Below, in pieces: positions 62,801-64,000 of a DNA stretch of 64,000 nt. This stretch comes from Raillietiella orientalis (taxonomy: Eukaryota). The stretch spans positions 1-64,000 of the forward strand of contig JAYWIR010000092.1 of NCBI GenBank assembly GCA_036172245.1. The letters run 5' to 3'. The notes under the pieces are model-generated. The model had not been told where the DNA came from and ran no database searches. It saw only the letters and a list, made by a program, of their open reading frames with translations. How positions within the stretch are numbered: the first letter of the stretch is position 1; each line of letters opens with the position of its first letter. Position numbers and translations under genes: made by a program.

Positions 62801-64000
62801 GCTGCAGTCAAAATAGGCGGCAATGCAATTTGAATTTGGGGATGCATTTGTTTACATGGTCACAATTAAGCATGGAAAACAACTTTTCCGATTCCGATAT
62901 TGGAATTTGCGATAAATGTTCACTCGATATTTACGTACGAAAACGTTTTCATACATTCCACCGCACACCCGACAGCTCAGAATTAAACTGCTAATCTCAG
63001 CTGTAAGTCTCATACGAGAAAAGAGTTTCATGGATCACCAACAGTTATTCAACGTTATTGAATTGAATGCTGGAGCAAGGCACTATTTTACCTAAGATTT
63101 GGGTGGAATGTGCAGCCACAAGTCTTCTGATCCTCACGGATGACTACAGCCACAGGTTCAGTACTTCCCTGCGGAGACTAAGAAAACTGATTGAAAACCT
63201 TGCAGGGAGCAGTTGAAACTTACTTTCACGAGTACCGAACACGGTGTATCTTCTGCTGGTGGCAAGTTATTTGGTCCCCATCCTTGCTTGCAGAGTGGGT
63301 ATTTGCCTTCACTGACATCATTTGTAGTCTCGAAAACGAACGAGCAGCTTCCCTTTGTTTCGCAAAACTGAAGGGCGAATCCCGTATGATATCGTGAAAA
63401 GAGATCCTCAACTCCCAGGTTGCTTTTGATGAAAAGAGTGACCACCAGCAGCAACCACTGAAACTTGAAATTTTCAAAGCAACCAAAGGTCTATATTGCG
63501 TGGCAGCCTTGCATGAATGACCATCCGAAACTGCTAATGTCAATCACAGTTTATCCTATGAATCTTAGATGGAGGAAGTGTCCATTTCTACTCGTCGATA
63601 ATGCTGCGATGAAAGAACAAAACCATTCCGCATAACGTGTTCAGTTCCTTGTTTCAGAATCTCAAAGTCCCTACGCAATACTGAGGAAATGCTTACGTTC
63701 TCCCAGAAGCTATTCTGTTCGGCAATTGCATTACATGTCCGATCCACACGTCTCGTACCTCAGCCCTCGGCCACTCACTTCGGATTACAGGGAAAGTTTG
63801 TCTAAGCGCAATCTCAATATAGTTGCCATCGTATGATCAGACAACGAGGAAGCGTGGATTTATGAAACTGCACTTCCAAGTTATGCACGTAAACAGAAAT
63901 TAGCATACAATTAGCCGCATAAAGGTCTGTACGTAGTACCTTTCTCTCGGACCAATGTACAAATAGGGAAATCGGTATTTCCATGAGCCAAAGTAGTCAG

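Noticed and set aside
44450..64000. Host protein-coding genes, tRNAs, telomere repeats or CRISPR arrays
   Set aside because: Only short ORFs without recognisable domains and no periodic arrays; an intron-rich gene cannot be excluded without transcript data

Overview
Eukaryotic genomic DNA with two compartments. Positions 1 to ~44450 are a GC-rich, nearly gap-free nested cluster of over 20 pieces of non-LTR retrotransposons of the L1/Tx1 type (ORF1 with twin CCHC knuckles; ORF2 with APE endonuclease, YADD reverse transcriptase and C-terminal CCHC finger). About five related families are present, which I label A-E as working names assigned by eye. Two copies are full length (11705-17237 minus, with an intact ORF1 and a 17-bp TSD; 20276-25912 plus, decayed). 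The main observations are: (i) copies repeatedly sit at the same codon positions inside each other's ORF2, mostly antisense; (ii) 3' ends lack poly(A) and finish in AATAAA plus a conserved GC hairpin; (iii) the 3' UTR has a covarying stem-loop; (iv) 5' ends share a GAGCGGACGTG-like motif; (v) the ORF1 stop overlaps the ORF2 start, inside a hairpin loop in families A and B. From ~44450 to 64000 the DNA is more AT-rich, with no recognisable intact host gene, one old L1-like element, one RT fossil and an unexplained hairpin/pseudoknot. Junction coordinates were read manually and may be off by several bases.
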